A DNA stretch of 64,000 bases from Bacteroidales bacterium (GTDB taxonomy: Bacteria; Bacteroidota; Bacteroidia; Bacteroidales; UBA3824), in NCBI GenBank assembly GCA_016293845.1, contig JAEDDH010000001.1, positions 29,211-93,210 of the forward strand, written 5' to 3'. The position numbers and the translations under genes are program-made. Positions within the stretch are counted from its first letter, which is position 1. Every line of letters starts with the position of its first letter. The notes beneath the pieces are model-generated. The model did not search any database. It was given only the letters and a program-made list of their open reading frames with translations, and was not told where the DNA came from. This document shows positions 31,221 to 40,484 of the stretch, piece after piece.

Positions 31221-32782
31221 TATCCTTTTACTTCTTCGGTATCTTCAGGTTCTGAAGCGGTTTCGTTGGCAGATTCGGCAGCTTTTTCTGCCTTTTCTGC
31301 AATATCTTTGCCTTTGAGATAGTTGGGAAGTTCCAAACCTGCCGATTTGAAAATGTCGTTGATGGGAGGCAATGCGCCCAACATGCCCGACATAAAGTTG
31401 GCTGTGCTTGATTTGCCGTTTGAAAGGCTGTCCCAAACTGTAACCTTGTCGATTTTGATATTCTTTACAGCCTCTGTCTGGAGTTTTACAATCTCCACGA
31501 GTTTGTCGGCTATCATCATCTTTACAGCGTCGTCGGGGTTGTCGCCGGCGGCTTTTACCATTGCGTTGAAACCTTCGGCTTGTTTTGCGAGTACTTCCAT
31601 CATACCTTTTGCCTTTGCCTCCATCTCGTAGTAGATAGAGTCGGCGTTACCTTTTGCCACGCGGCGGATACGTTCTGCCTCTGCTTCTGCCTCAATTTCA
31701 ATGCGTTGACGTTCAATTTCAGCAGGGATAATGATGTCGGCAGTTTTGGTGGCTTTTTCACGGTCGGCACGTGCCATTTCGGCGAGTTTTTGTGCCTCGT
31801 ATGCCGATTTTTGAGTTTCTGCCTCGTTGATTCTTTCTGCCGAAACGGCAATCTTGTTGGCCTCTGCCTCTGCTTTGCGTCGTTCTGCCTCTGAATTTGC
31901 AACTCGGATTTTTGCCTCGTTCTCGCCCGAAACCGCTGTTGCGTTGGCTGCTGCTATGCTGATACGTTGGTTTTTCTGTGCTTCTGCCTCGCCCACTTGC
32001 GCCTCTGAATTGGCTGCTGCCACTTTTATACGCTGAGTTTTTTGCGATTCCGACACACCGATTTGTGCCTCGGCGGTTTGCGCTGCCACTTCGATGCTCT
32101 GCTCTTTGCGGAATTTTGCCTCACCGATAGCACCGTTTTTCTGTTCTTCGGCAACTTCGATTTTGGCTTTGTTGATAGCGCGTTCTGCCTCTTTGCGTCC
32201 GAGTGCGTCGATATAGCCGCTCTCGTCGGTGATGTCTTTTACGTTTACGTTGATGAGTTTCAAACCGAGTTTTTTGAGTTCTTGCTCCACGCTGTCGGAT
32301 ACGTTGCGGAGGAACATTTCGCGGTTTGAGTTGATTTCCTCGATGGTCATTGTGGCGATTACTACACGCAACTGACCAATGATAATATCCTCGGCGAGGA
32401 TACGGATGTCGTCTAATTTGATGCCGAGCAAACGTTCTGCAGCATTGTTCATTACTCCGTCTTCGGTGCTGATACCTACCATAAAGTTGCAGGGTACGTT
32501 AACACGAATCTGCTGCTTGCTGAGGGCTTTTTTAAGGTCAACCGAAATTGTCAACGGCGAAAGGTCGAGAAATTCGTAATCTTGGATTACGGGCCAAATA
32601 AATGCTGCGCCGCCGTGGATACATTTTGCTGTGCGGGTTCCTGCCGCACCTTTGCCCACTTTTCCGTAAACTACAAGTATGCGGTCGGAGGGGCATCGTT
32701 TGTAACGTTTTACAAACCAAACTATTAATATTAAACTGACTACAAACGCTATAAATATTAGCGTAAAAACTGCGTCTCCCAT
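31220..32782 (-). CDS. flotillin / SPFH (band 7) domain protein
   Basis: N-terminal TM, SPFH domain, long Ala/Glu-rich coiled coil and flotillin C-terminus; its stop overlaps the miaA start (TAATG). Confidence 0.8.
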   Translation of the reverse strand: MGDAVFTLIFIAFVVSLILIVWFVKRYKRCPSDRILVVYGKVGKGAAGTRTAKCIHGGAAFIWPVIQDYEFLDLSPLTISVDLKKALSKQQIRVNVPCNFMVGISTEDGVMNNAAERLLGIKLDDIRILAEDIIIGQLRVVIATMTIEEINSNREMFLRNVSDSVEQELKKLGLKLINVNVKDITDESGYIDALGRKEAERAINKAKIEVAEEQKNGAIGEAKFRKEQSIEVAAQTAEAQIGVSESQKTQRIKVAAANSEAQVGEAEAQKNQRISIAAANATAVSGENEAKIRVANSEAERRKAEAEANKIAVSAERINEAETQKSAYEAQKLAEMARADREKATKTADIIIPAEIERQRIEIEAEAEAERIRRVAKGNADSIYYEMEAKAKGMMEVLAKQAEGFNAMVKAAGDNPDDAVKMMIADKLVEIVKLQTEAVKNIKIDKVTVWDSLSNGKSSTANFMSGMLGALPPINDIFKSAGLELPNYLKGKDIAEKAEKAAESANETASEPEDTEEVKG

Positions 32783-32818
32783 AATTTGTTGATGTGTTAA
32801 GGTTTATGAATTTTTTAG

Positions 32819-33397
32819 TTATGAAATTTTCTTTACTACAAGAGTGCCGTCGTCGTTAACCGAAGTTACCTCAATGGGGTCGTGCTGACGAAGTTCTTCT
32901 TCGTCAATTGTAATGGCGTCGAATGTGCGTACTGCGCTTTGAACATTGATTTGCACTTTTCCTTTGCCCGAATTTGAAGGCGGTATCGAAAGGTAAACTT
33001 CGCCTTTTGCGCCAATTGTGTCGGATGTGGCAAGTGTGCCGCTGTATTGCATACGGGCAAAAAAAGTCATAAGTGTTACTATCACAGCCGTCATTATAAC
33101 GCCAGCTATCACAGACGAAAGCAGTGTCATCCATATCGGCAAACCGTTGCTTATGGTGATAATGCCCACCCACGATGCCGAAACCAAAAATCCTATTATC
33201 GATTTGAGACTGAGGATATAAGATCCTGTATCGGTATCGTTGTCGATGTCTCCGTCGCCATCGGCATCTGAATCTCCGCCCGAACCCAACAGACTGAGTC
33301 CGAATATTACAATGAATGCTAATGTGCTCATTACTGCCACCGCCCAATAGATTTTGGGTAGCATTGGCATTTGGCTCCATGTTTCAAATATACCCAT
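32819..33397 (-). CDS. NfeD-family membrane protein (flotillin-associated, C-terminal OB fold)
   Basis: Membrane helices plus a C-terminal OB-like beta domain; conserved pairing upstream of flotillin (YqiJ/YqiK arrangement). Confidence 0.6.
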   Translation of the reverse strand: MGIFETWSQMPMLPKIYWAVAVMSTLAFIVIFGLSLLGSGGDSDADGDGDIDNDTDTGSYILSLKSIIGFLVSASWVGIITISNGLPIWMTLLSSVIAGVIMTAVIVTLMTFFARMQYSGTLATSDTIGAKGEVYLSIPPSNSGKGKVQINVQSAVRTFDAITIDEEELRQHDPIEVTSVNDDGTLVVKKIS

Positions 33398-33482
33398 ATT
33401 GTTTCTTTTTTTGTTTTTACAAATTTATGAAAAGTTTTAGTTATTATCAATTATTTTATCAAAAAAAAATACATTTTTTTTT

Positions 33483-33512
33483 AAAAAAAAGCCCCCGCAA
33501 AAGGGCGGAGGC
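33483..33512 (-). terminator. rho-independent terminator (minus strand)
   Basis: Stem gcctccgc/gcgggggc, which includes a U-G wobble pair in the minus orientation, followed by T8. Confidence 0.5.
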
Positions 33513-33538
33513 TTAATACTATTATAGGGTAAGAATTT

Positions 33539-33964
33539 TTATTCAAGTCTAATTTTAAACGATTTAGCGTTTACTTTGCCAGCGCTTGGTCCGCTTGTTG
33601 CTTTGGTTTTTACAACAATTACTTCGTTTTCAACGTCGCCTGCTACTTCGGGGTAGAGCGAAACGGTAAGAGAAGTGGTAGAGTTGGCTTTGATAGTTTT
33701 AGATTTAGGCATTACAGTAACGCCTGCTGGAGTTTCAAATCCAACGATTTCTAATTCAGAAGCAAGAGTGTTGGTGATAGAGATTTCTTGTGCGGTTACT
33801 TTGGTTGCGGATTTTGAGAATTTTACCACCTCGTTGTTAGCCGAAAGAGCGCGGGTGTTTCCAAAAATCTGAAGGTCTTCTTCCTCAATCCATCCTTGTG
33901 CGTTTGATACGTTTGCAATGAATGTCATTACGAGTGCTGCTAAAATAAGTTTAAGTGCTTTCAT
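33539..33964 (-). CDS. hypothetical secreted protein (Ig-like beta-sandwich)
   Basis: Signal peptide and a beta-rich 120-aa mature region. Confidence 0.4.
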   Translation of the reverse strand: MKALKLILAALVMTFIANVSNAQGWIEEEDLQIFGNTRALSANNEVVKFSKSATKVTAQEISITNTLASELEIVGFETPAGVTVMPKSKTIKANSTTSLTVSLYPEVAGDVENEVIVVKTKATSGPSAGKVNAKSFKIRLE

Positions 33965-34076
33965 AATAAATTTATTTTAATAATTTAATTTCGATAGTTT
34001 TACGTTTGTTTCTCTTGTTTAGTTGCCTAATATTTCGTGTTTTGAAAAAAAATGAACACTTTTTTCAAAAAAATAA

Positions 34077-34532
34077 TTATTGTCGGTTGAGTTCGATGAT
34101 GGCGTTAACCGATTTATATTTTGGCTTGTAGATTAACTTGTCGAAATTGTCGCCTGCCTTGGTGATTACGCCTGCCTCTTTAAAGTCTTTCCCTTCTTCT
34201 TTAAGGTAGATAATGCTATCGTTTTCGATTTTGTAATCGAGCGATACGGGGAGAGAGTATTTGCCAGAGGTTGCGGTTTTGATCATCATTGCAGCCACTG
34301 TGCCAGCATCGATTTTGGCTTTTTGATCTTTAAATTCAACGGTGAGATCAGCTGCCGCAAGCACCGACGAAATCATTCCTGCGGGTATCTGAAATTCTTT
34401 TTCAAATATAGTTCCGGCTTCAGAAACGTCTATTGAGTAAGTGCCTTGTAGAGTATCGTCTACACTGTTTTTGTTGCCGCCACACGAACATAGCATTGCG
34501 GCAAATGTTAGGATAATGCAGAGTTTTTTCAT
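34077..34532 (-). CDS. hypothetical lipoprotein
   Basis: Lipobox LCSCGG. Confidence 0.45.
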   Translation of the reverse strand: MKKLCIILTFAAMLCSCGGNKNSVDDTLQGTYSIDVSEAGTIFEKEFQIPAGMISSVLAAADLTVEFKDQKAKIDAGTVAAMMIKTATSGKYSLPVSLDYKIENDSIIYLKEEGKDFKEAGVITKAGDNFDKLIYKPKYKSVNAIIELNRQ

Positions 34533-34694
34533 TTTGGTTGGTGTTTTTTTAGTTTATAACGGAGGCAAATTTACTACATTATATCTTTTAAAGCAATTAT
34601 TTATTTAAAAAAAATAAGAATTTCTAAACATTTATGTCAATGTTGTAATACTTTTTTTTAGTTACTTTGCAACTTTATAATATATAATAAGTGT

Positions 34695-37600
34695 ATGGCA
34701 GGAAAAAGCAAAATACGTAAGGTGTTTACCGCGCTGTGTGTAACTGTGGCGGTGGTTCCTATTTTGCTTGTGGGTGCTGTAACTGCTTTTTTGGCAAGCG
34801 AAAAAGTGCAAACCTTTGTGGCGCAAAAGGTATCTGAAACCCTTTCGGAAAAAACAGGCACCGAAATTTCTGTGTCGAAGGTGTTTATCAATCTGCTTCG
34901 TTTGAGTGTAGATTTTAAAGATGTTTATGTGGCTGATAACCATCACGATACTTTGCTGTATGCCGGTAGTATCGAGGCTCGGCTAAAATCGTTTGGCATT
35001 ACTCAAAACTATTACAACATTGGTCTGGCGCAAATACGAAATGTGTGGGTGAATATGTTGGCTGATAGTGCGGGCGTTTACAACTATGATTTTCTACTTT
35101 CGAGTGATACCACTGAGGTAGACACAGCCAAATCTGACACTAAGTTTCATATAGCCGTGGGCAAATTGATGCTCTCTAATATCAATTTTCGCCGTGTGGC
35201 TAAACCTCAGAGTAGCCGTTCGCCGATAATGGATTTCGACGATTTGCAACTATCGGGAATTAACCTACTTGGCAAAAATTTTTCTATTAACGAAAAAACA
35301 GAAATTCATCTTCAGATTGATTCGCTCTCTGCCAAAGAACATTGCGGATTTGAACTTAGAAAATTGGCAGCTGATGCGTCGGTAAGTTCAAAGGGAATTT
35401 TACTGCGCGATCTTTTGCTGCGTACTCCCAACACCGATTTGCGTGCCGACAGTCTTAATTTCCATATCAACGATTTTGGCGATTTTTCGGACTTTTGCAA
35501 TAAGGTGGTGCTTGGCGCAAAAATTAATGAAGGGTCGTGGCTTGGAGTTGACGATATCGGGCGTTTTGCCGAACCGCTCTACGGATATGGTATTTCGCCA
35601 AAAATCAGCACAGAGGTTTCAGGACCTGTTTGTGGATTGAAAATCAGAAAATTGAAACTCGCCTATCTCAATGACACTCACCTCAGTGCCGATGCAGATA
35701 TTCAGGGGTTGCCAAATATCGATAAGACCTTTTTTAACCTCAATATTAAGCAGTTGTCTACCACGCAAGACAATATTAACACTCTTCATCAGCCACTTAG
35801 CGACGAACCTATTGTGGAATTGCCAGATGCACTTCGCGAACTTGGTATCGTTAACTTTACGGCATTGGTAGAGGGCACTACTCGCGAACTTATGCTCAAT
35901 GGCAACCTTACTTCAAATCTTGGAAGCATAATAACAGATGTGGCTCTTTCTACACAGGACGAAGTGTCTAATATTCAAGGTATTATTACGGCACGAAAAC
36001 TTAATCTCGGCGCAGTAACCGGCGACCGCGAAAACTTTGGCTACCTATCCACTGCCGATACTGTAAACATCAATATCGCCAACGACGGAAGTGTAAACGG
36101 CACTGTAAAAGGCGAGGTGGATTCTATTGGATTGCTTGGCTACACATATTCGGGCATCAATATTAATGGCAAGTTTTCGGAACAGGATTTCGACGGATTG
36201 TTTTCGATTAAAGACCCAAATCTTGACCTTGATTTTGCAGGACTTGTAAACTTTGGTGGCGATTTGCTTAAGGCAAAATGTTCGCTTTTGGTGTCGCACG
36301 CTGATTTAAAAACTACACACATTCTCAACGATTCGATAGATAAGCTTAATTTTTCGCTTGCTGCCGACCTCGAAGGTTCGGATATCGACAATATTAACGG
36401 TAATTTGATTCTTACCGAGCCGCTAACTTTCCTTCGCGACAACAAAGTTTTTACTATAAACGAGTTTCGTGTAAAGGCGTTTATCGATCAGTATATCTGT
36501 GGATTACCACTCCGCTCGGTAGAACTTCGCAGCGATTATGTTGACGCCGTTGTTAATGGTCTTGTGCGTTTCGACCAATTGGCAAGAATTATGAGCAATT
36601 TTGCATACATGGTTTTGCCGTCGCTCAACTACGAAGATACGGAAGCTGTGGCACGTGCTAAACAAAGACTTGCGCAAAACTCAACTCGCCGTCGTCAACG
36701 TTCTACTTTTAATGATCCTGATTTTCAACGAAATCTTGGCAACAATTTCGATTTTTCTATCCTCTTTAAAAATCCTTCGCCAGTTACTGATTTCTTTATT
36801 CCCGAACTTTCGATAAGCGACAATACCACTCTTAAAGGCGGTTTTAGCACGTTGCGAAGCCATATTTACACAGATTTGCTTACCGATAGCCTCAAATACA
36901 ACGACTATTGTGCCGACAATCTTTCTGTTAGCGTTAATGCTCTTGGCAGAGATTTTATTCTTGAAATCAATGCCGATTCTCTTGATGTTTCAAAAGATTT
37001 GCGCATTAAAAATCCCATTGTCAACATTACAGCTCGCAACGACACAGCATCTTATATGTTTTCGTGGTTTAATACCGACAGCATCAAAAACGAGGGAACA
37101 ATCGATGGTAGCGTAATTTTTCAACAGCATTATTTGCCATCCCATTTTCCGATTATAAAGGTAAATTTTAATCCCGGCAGTTTCTATGTGTTTAATTCTA
37201 AATGGGATATACACCAAAGTACAGTTGAAATCGACTCCACAAATATTGATATCAATAAGTTTGGGCTTTTTGCCGAAAACCAGCAAATTTTGCTCAATGG
37301 CATTGTAAGTCCCGACCCTAACAAAAATCTTTCTGCCGATATTTTAAACTTTGATCTCGGATTTCTCAATAAATTTGTGGACGGCGTTAATATAAAAGGT
37401 GTGCTGTCGGGCAATACTGATGTTAAAAATCTTTATGGTGATATTCCGCTTTTCCGCACTCACAACACTATCGAAAACCTTGTGTTCAGTGATGTTAGCC
37501 TTGGCAACGTAACTGCAAAATGCGATTTTCAACCTGTGGATTCTATCATCAATTTAGAGATTTTTACCAAACGCCGCCTTTTGGATTCTACCCTTATGGC

Positions 37601-39260
37601 TCGCGACACTATTAAACCAATTCACGGTTATGGTACTTGCAACATTCAGACAAAAGAAATTGACTTTTCGCTGAATATACTTAGTCTGCCGTTTAATACT
37701 TTCCGTCCGTTTTACGAAAACTACATTAAATCATCTAATTACACCAATCTTTCAGGATATGCGCGGGTAAAAGGCAAAATCGAAGACCCAAAGGTGATGG
37801 CGCAGTTGAGCGTTCACGGAGGTAATTTTGGAATAATGAGTCTCGGCACGCAATACGATATTAATGATTCGCTTGGCATTACGCTTGATAATAACTTTAT
37901 AAAAATCCATAAAACAACACTTTACAGCGATCGCAAGTCGGGAAGCGCCATTCTTCAAGGTACAATATCGCATCATAATTTTGAAGATATTGATATGAAT
38001 TTGAGTCTTGCTGTTAAAAACTTTATGTTTTTAAATGCCAAACAAACAGATACTTCGCTATTTTATGGAAAGGCTTACGCTTCGGGAGATATTTTTCTAC
38101 GTGGCAATCCAATGCGTATGATTGATATCGATGGCCGTCTAATAACCGAGAAAAACACCCTTGTTTATCTGCCAATGTATGGAGCCAGCGATGTGGATGC
38201 CAACAATGAGTTTATGACTTTTGTAACTCACGATACGCTGCATATTCAAAACCAACGACATGGTGCAGACCTTTCGGGCTTGAAAATGAATTTTAACCTT
38301 GAAGTTACGCCAGATGCCGAGGTGCAGGTGATATTAGACGAAACCACAGGAAATATTCTGAAAGCATCTGCCAATGGCGACCTTAGGCTTGTGATTTCGA
38401 GCGCGGGAGATTTCTCTATGTTTGGAACTTTGGCGGTGGAAAAAGGTGATTATCTGTTTACCATGCAGAATGTTATCAGTAAAAAATTTGAAGTGGTAAA
38501 AGGCGGCACTCTGCGTTGGAACGGCGACCCGATGGATGCTGTGGTAGATATTTCTGCCGTTTACAAACTTCGCCGTGTCAACCTCTTTAACCTAATGGTC
38601 GACGAGGAATACCGCAACAAAAAAGTGCCTGTTCAATGCCTTTTGAATATGAAAGGCGACCTCAACCAACCCATTGTGTCGTTTGGTGTAAAACTCGATG
38701 GCAACTACGATGATATTCAAACGCAACTTTCGAATCTCGACGAAGGAAACATTAACAAACAAATGATTTCGTTGCTGTTGTTCAGTCAGTTTCAGCCTTT
38801 GCCCGGCTTGCAAAATCAAGAAAACTCACTCTTTTCGGATTTCAATGCAGGTGAACTTGTTACCAATCAAATCAACCATTGGCTCAGCGACATAAGCGAC
38901 AAAGTGGATGTGGGTGTCAACTATTCGCTTGGCGACCAATCCACAAGCAGCGAACTCGAAGTTGCTCTATCTACCCAATTTTTCGACAACCGTGTTACAG
39001 TTTCAACCAACGTGGGTGTGGGCGGCGAATCTAAAACCACTACATCAAACCGTACCAACAACGTTGTGGGTGAGGTAGAGGTGGATGTTAACCTCAACAA
39101 AAGCGGTACAGTAATACTTAAAGTATACAACAAGGCTAACGACGATGAACTTGATCAAGCACCTTATACTCAGGGCGTTGGTGTTTCGTTTAAAAAAGAG
39201 TTCAACAATCGTCACGACCTTTTTGCCCGTAAAAAGAAACAAAAGATTAAAACTCCGTAA
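34695..39260 (+). CDS. tamB: translocation and assembly module TamB-like protein (AsmA-like/DUF490)
   Basis: 1521 aa with a single N-terminal TM anchor, a very long beta-rich periplasmic region and a conserved DUF490-like C-terminus. Confidence 0.7.
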   Translation: MAGKSKIRKVFTALCVTVAVVPILLVGAVTAFLASEKVQTFVAQKVSETLSEKTGTEISVSKVFINLLRLSVDFKDVYVADNHHDTLLYAGSIEARLKSFGITQNYYNIGLAQIRNVWVNMLADSAGVYNYDFLLSSDTTEVDTAKSDTKFHIAVGKLMLSNINFRRVAKPQSSRSPIMDFDDLQLSGINLLGKNFSINEKTEIHLQIDSLSAKEHCGFELRKLAADASVSSKGILLRDLLLRTPNTDLRADSLNFHINDFGDFSDFCNKVVLGAKINEGSWLGVDDIGRFAEPLYGYGISPKISTEVSGPVCGLKIRKLKLAYLNDTHLSADADIQGLPNIDKTFFNLNIKQLSTTQDNINTLHQPLSDEPIVELPDALRELGIVNFTALVEGTTRELMLNGNLTSNLGSIITDVALSTQDEVSNIQGIITARKLNLGAVTGDRENFGYLSTADTVNINIANDGSVNGTVKGEVDSIGLLGYTYSGININGKFSEQDFDGLFSIKDPNLDLDFAGLVNFGGDLLKAKCSLLVSHADLKTTHILNDSIDKLNFSLAADLEGSDIDNINGNLILTEPLTFLRDNKVFTINEFRVKAFIDQYICGLPLRSVELRSDYVDAVVNGLVRFDQLARIMSNFAYMVLPSLNYEDTEAVARAKQRLAQNSTRRRQRSTFNDPDFQRNLGNNFDFSILFKNPSPVTDFFIPELSISDNTTLKGGFSTLRSHIYTDLLTDSLKYNDYCADNLSVSVNALGRDFILEINADSLDVSKDLRIKNPIVNITARNDTASYMFSWFNTDSIKNEGTIDGSVIFQQHYLPSHFPIIKVNFNPGSFYVFNSKWDIHQSTVEIDSTNIDINKFGLFAENQQILLNGIVSPDPNKNLSADILNFDLGFLNKFVDGVNIKGVLSGNTDVKNLYGDIPLFRTHNTIENLVFSDVSLGNVTAKCDFQPVDSIINLEIFTKRRLLDSTLMARDTIKPIHGYGTCNIQTKEIDFSLNILSLPFNTFRPFYENYIKSSNYTNLSGYARVKGKIEDPKVMAQLSVHGGNFGIMSLGTQYDINDSLGITLDNNFIKIHKTTLYSDRKSGSAILQGTISHHNFEDIDMNLSLAVKNFMFLNAKQTDTSLFYGKAYASGDIFLRGNPMRMIDIDGRLITEKNTLVYLPMYGASDVDANNEFMTFVTHDTLHIQNQRHGADLSGLKMNFNLEVTPDAEVQVILDETTGNILKASANGDLRLVISSAGDFSMFGTLAVEKGDYLFTMQNVISKKFEVVKGGTLRWNGDPMDAVVDISAVYKLRRVNLFNLMVDEEYRNKKVPVQCLLNMKGDLNQPIVSFGVKLDGNYDDIQTQLSNLDEGNINKQMISLLLFSQFQPLPGLQNQENSLFSDFNAGELVTNQINHWLSDISDKVDVGVNYSLGDQSTSSELEVALSTQFFDNRVTVSTNVGVGGESKTTTSNRTNNVVGEVEVDVNLNKSGTVILKVYNKANDDELDQAPYTQGVGVSFKKEFNNRHDLFARKKKQKIKTP

Positions 39261-39287
39261 TATATTAATTTAAAACAATTTACCAAT

Positions 39288-40034
39288 ATGAAAAGAACAT
39301 TATTTATAGTGGCAGCCATTTTTGCCTCATCGTTGGCAAACGCACAGATTGCCGCACGCGTACCCCAAAACGCTCAAAAACTTATCGACGCATATCCCGA
39401 TATGCAGCTGACTTACAGCGACAACGCTATTGTTTTTCCCGATGGCACAAAAATCCCTTACGATGATGGCAAGGAGAAGGATTTTGTTACTATGCTCGAT
39501 AACAGCGACATTGAGGATATGTTTTCGATGAAATACGATACCACAGCCACCGAACCTGCATATTTAAACGATTGCGGTAGAAGTCGTTGCGAGGCGTTAT
39601 TCAAAAAAATGTATGGCAACAGCGCTGTTGAAGTTCAAAAACACCTTGTAAAAATTGAATGGTTTGGTCAGCAAATTCCAATTACCACTGTAAACGGTGT
39701 TGATAAACATTTGCGTGCTGTATACGAGGAACTTAAAGCCAAACCCGAACTCAAAAAATATCTTTTACAAGCCTCATCGTTTTATTGGCGGCAGGTGAGG
39801 GGTGCAAATCGTCAAAGTGCTCACAGTTACGGCATTGCATTTGATATCAACGTTGCCAACAGCAACTATTGGCTTTGGAGCAACAAGGGCAAGGGCGAAA
39901 CCGACACCATAAAATATGTAAACCGCATTCCCAAAGAAATAGTGAAAATCTTTGAAAAACACGGCTTTATCTGGGGTGGCAGATGGTATCATTACGATAC
40001 TATGCACTTTGAATATCGCCCGGAGTTTTTGTAG
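39288..40034 (+). CDS. M15-family metallopeptidase (D-Ala-D-Ala carboxypeptidase/VanY-like), secreted
   Basis: Signal peptide; metal ligands in SAHSYGIAFD and a C-terminal HFEY. Confidence 0.65.
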   Translation: MKRTLFIVAAIFASSLANAQIAARVPQNAQKLIDAYPDMQLTYSDNAIVFPDGTKIPYDDGKEKDFVTMLDNSDIEDMFSMKYDTTATEPAYLNDCGRSRCEALFKKMYGNSAVEVQKHLVKIEWFGQQIPITTVNGVDKHLRAVYEELKAKPELKKYLLQASSFYWRQVRGANRQSAHSYGIAFDINVANSNYWLWSNKGKGETDTIKYVNRIPKEIVKIFEKHGFIWGGRWYHYDTMHFEYRPEFL

Positions 40035-40484
40035 AAGTATCTGATTTACTGTAAGTTTTCAAGCACAGAGAAAAATATTGTTGATTGGATTGCTGAGGAG
40101 GAGTGATGGCTTTTTGGGGTAAACAAGATATTCTTTTTTTCTCCAAAAAAAATCTTTAAAATCCCTTGTTCTTTTCCCTTCCTTTCATTATCTTTACACC
40201 AAATTAAAAACATTAATACAAAACAGATAGATTTTTAAACTAACATATTAAAATATTGGGCTTTACGCTCTTATTCTCTTAACGGAAAATCTGCAAAATT
40301 TTTACAACGGGAGAGTAAGCTGCGAGTAAGGTTCACGTCGTATAGGCGTGAGCCGTTTTCGTGCTTTTTACCGTTGTTCAAGGCATTGCAGAGCCTTCCG
40401 TTAATAATAAGCACATTTAAGAAAACGTCTCCACGCTTTTTTCTTTTGCTTATTTTGAGCCAAGGTCCGCAAAACAAATAAGCA

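Noticed and set aside
31245-32329. Several plus-strand and minus-strand 60-100-aa ORFs inside the flotillin gene
   Set aside because: These are shadow ORFs generated by the repetitive Ala/Glu-rich coiled-coil coding sequence. They overlap a confident CDS.
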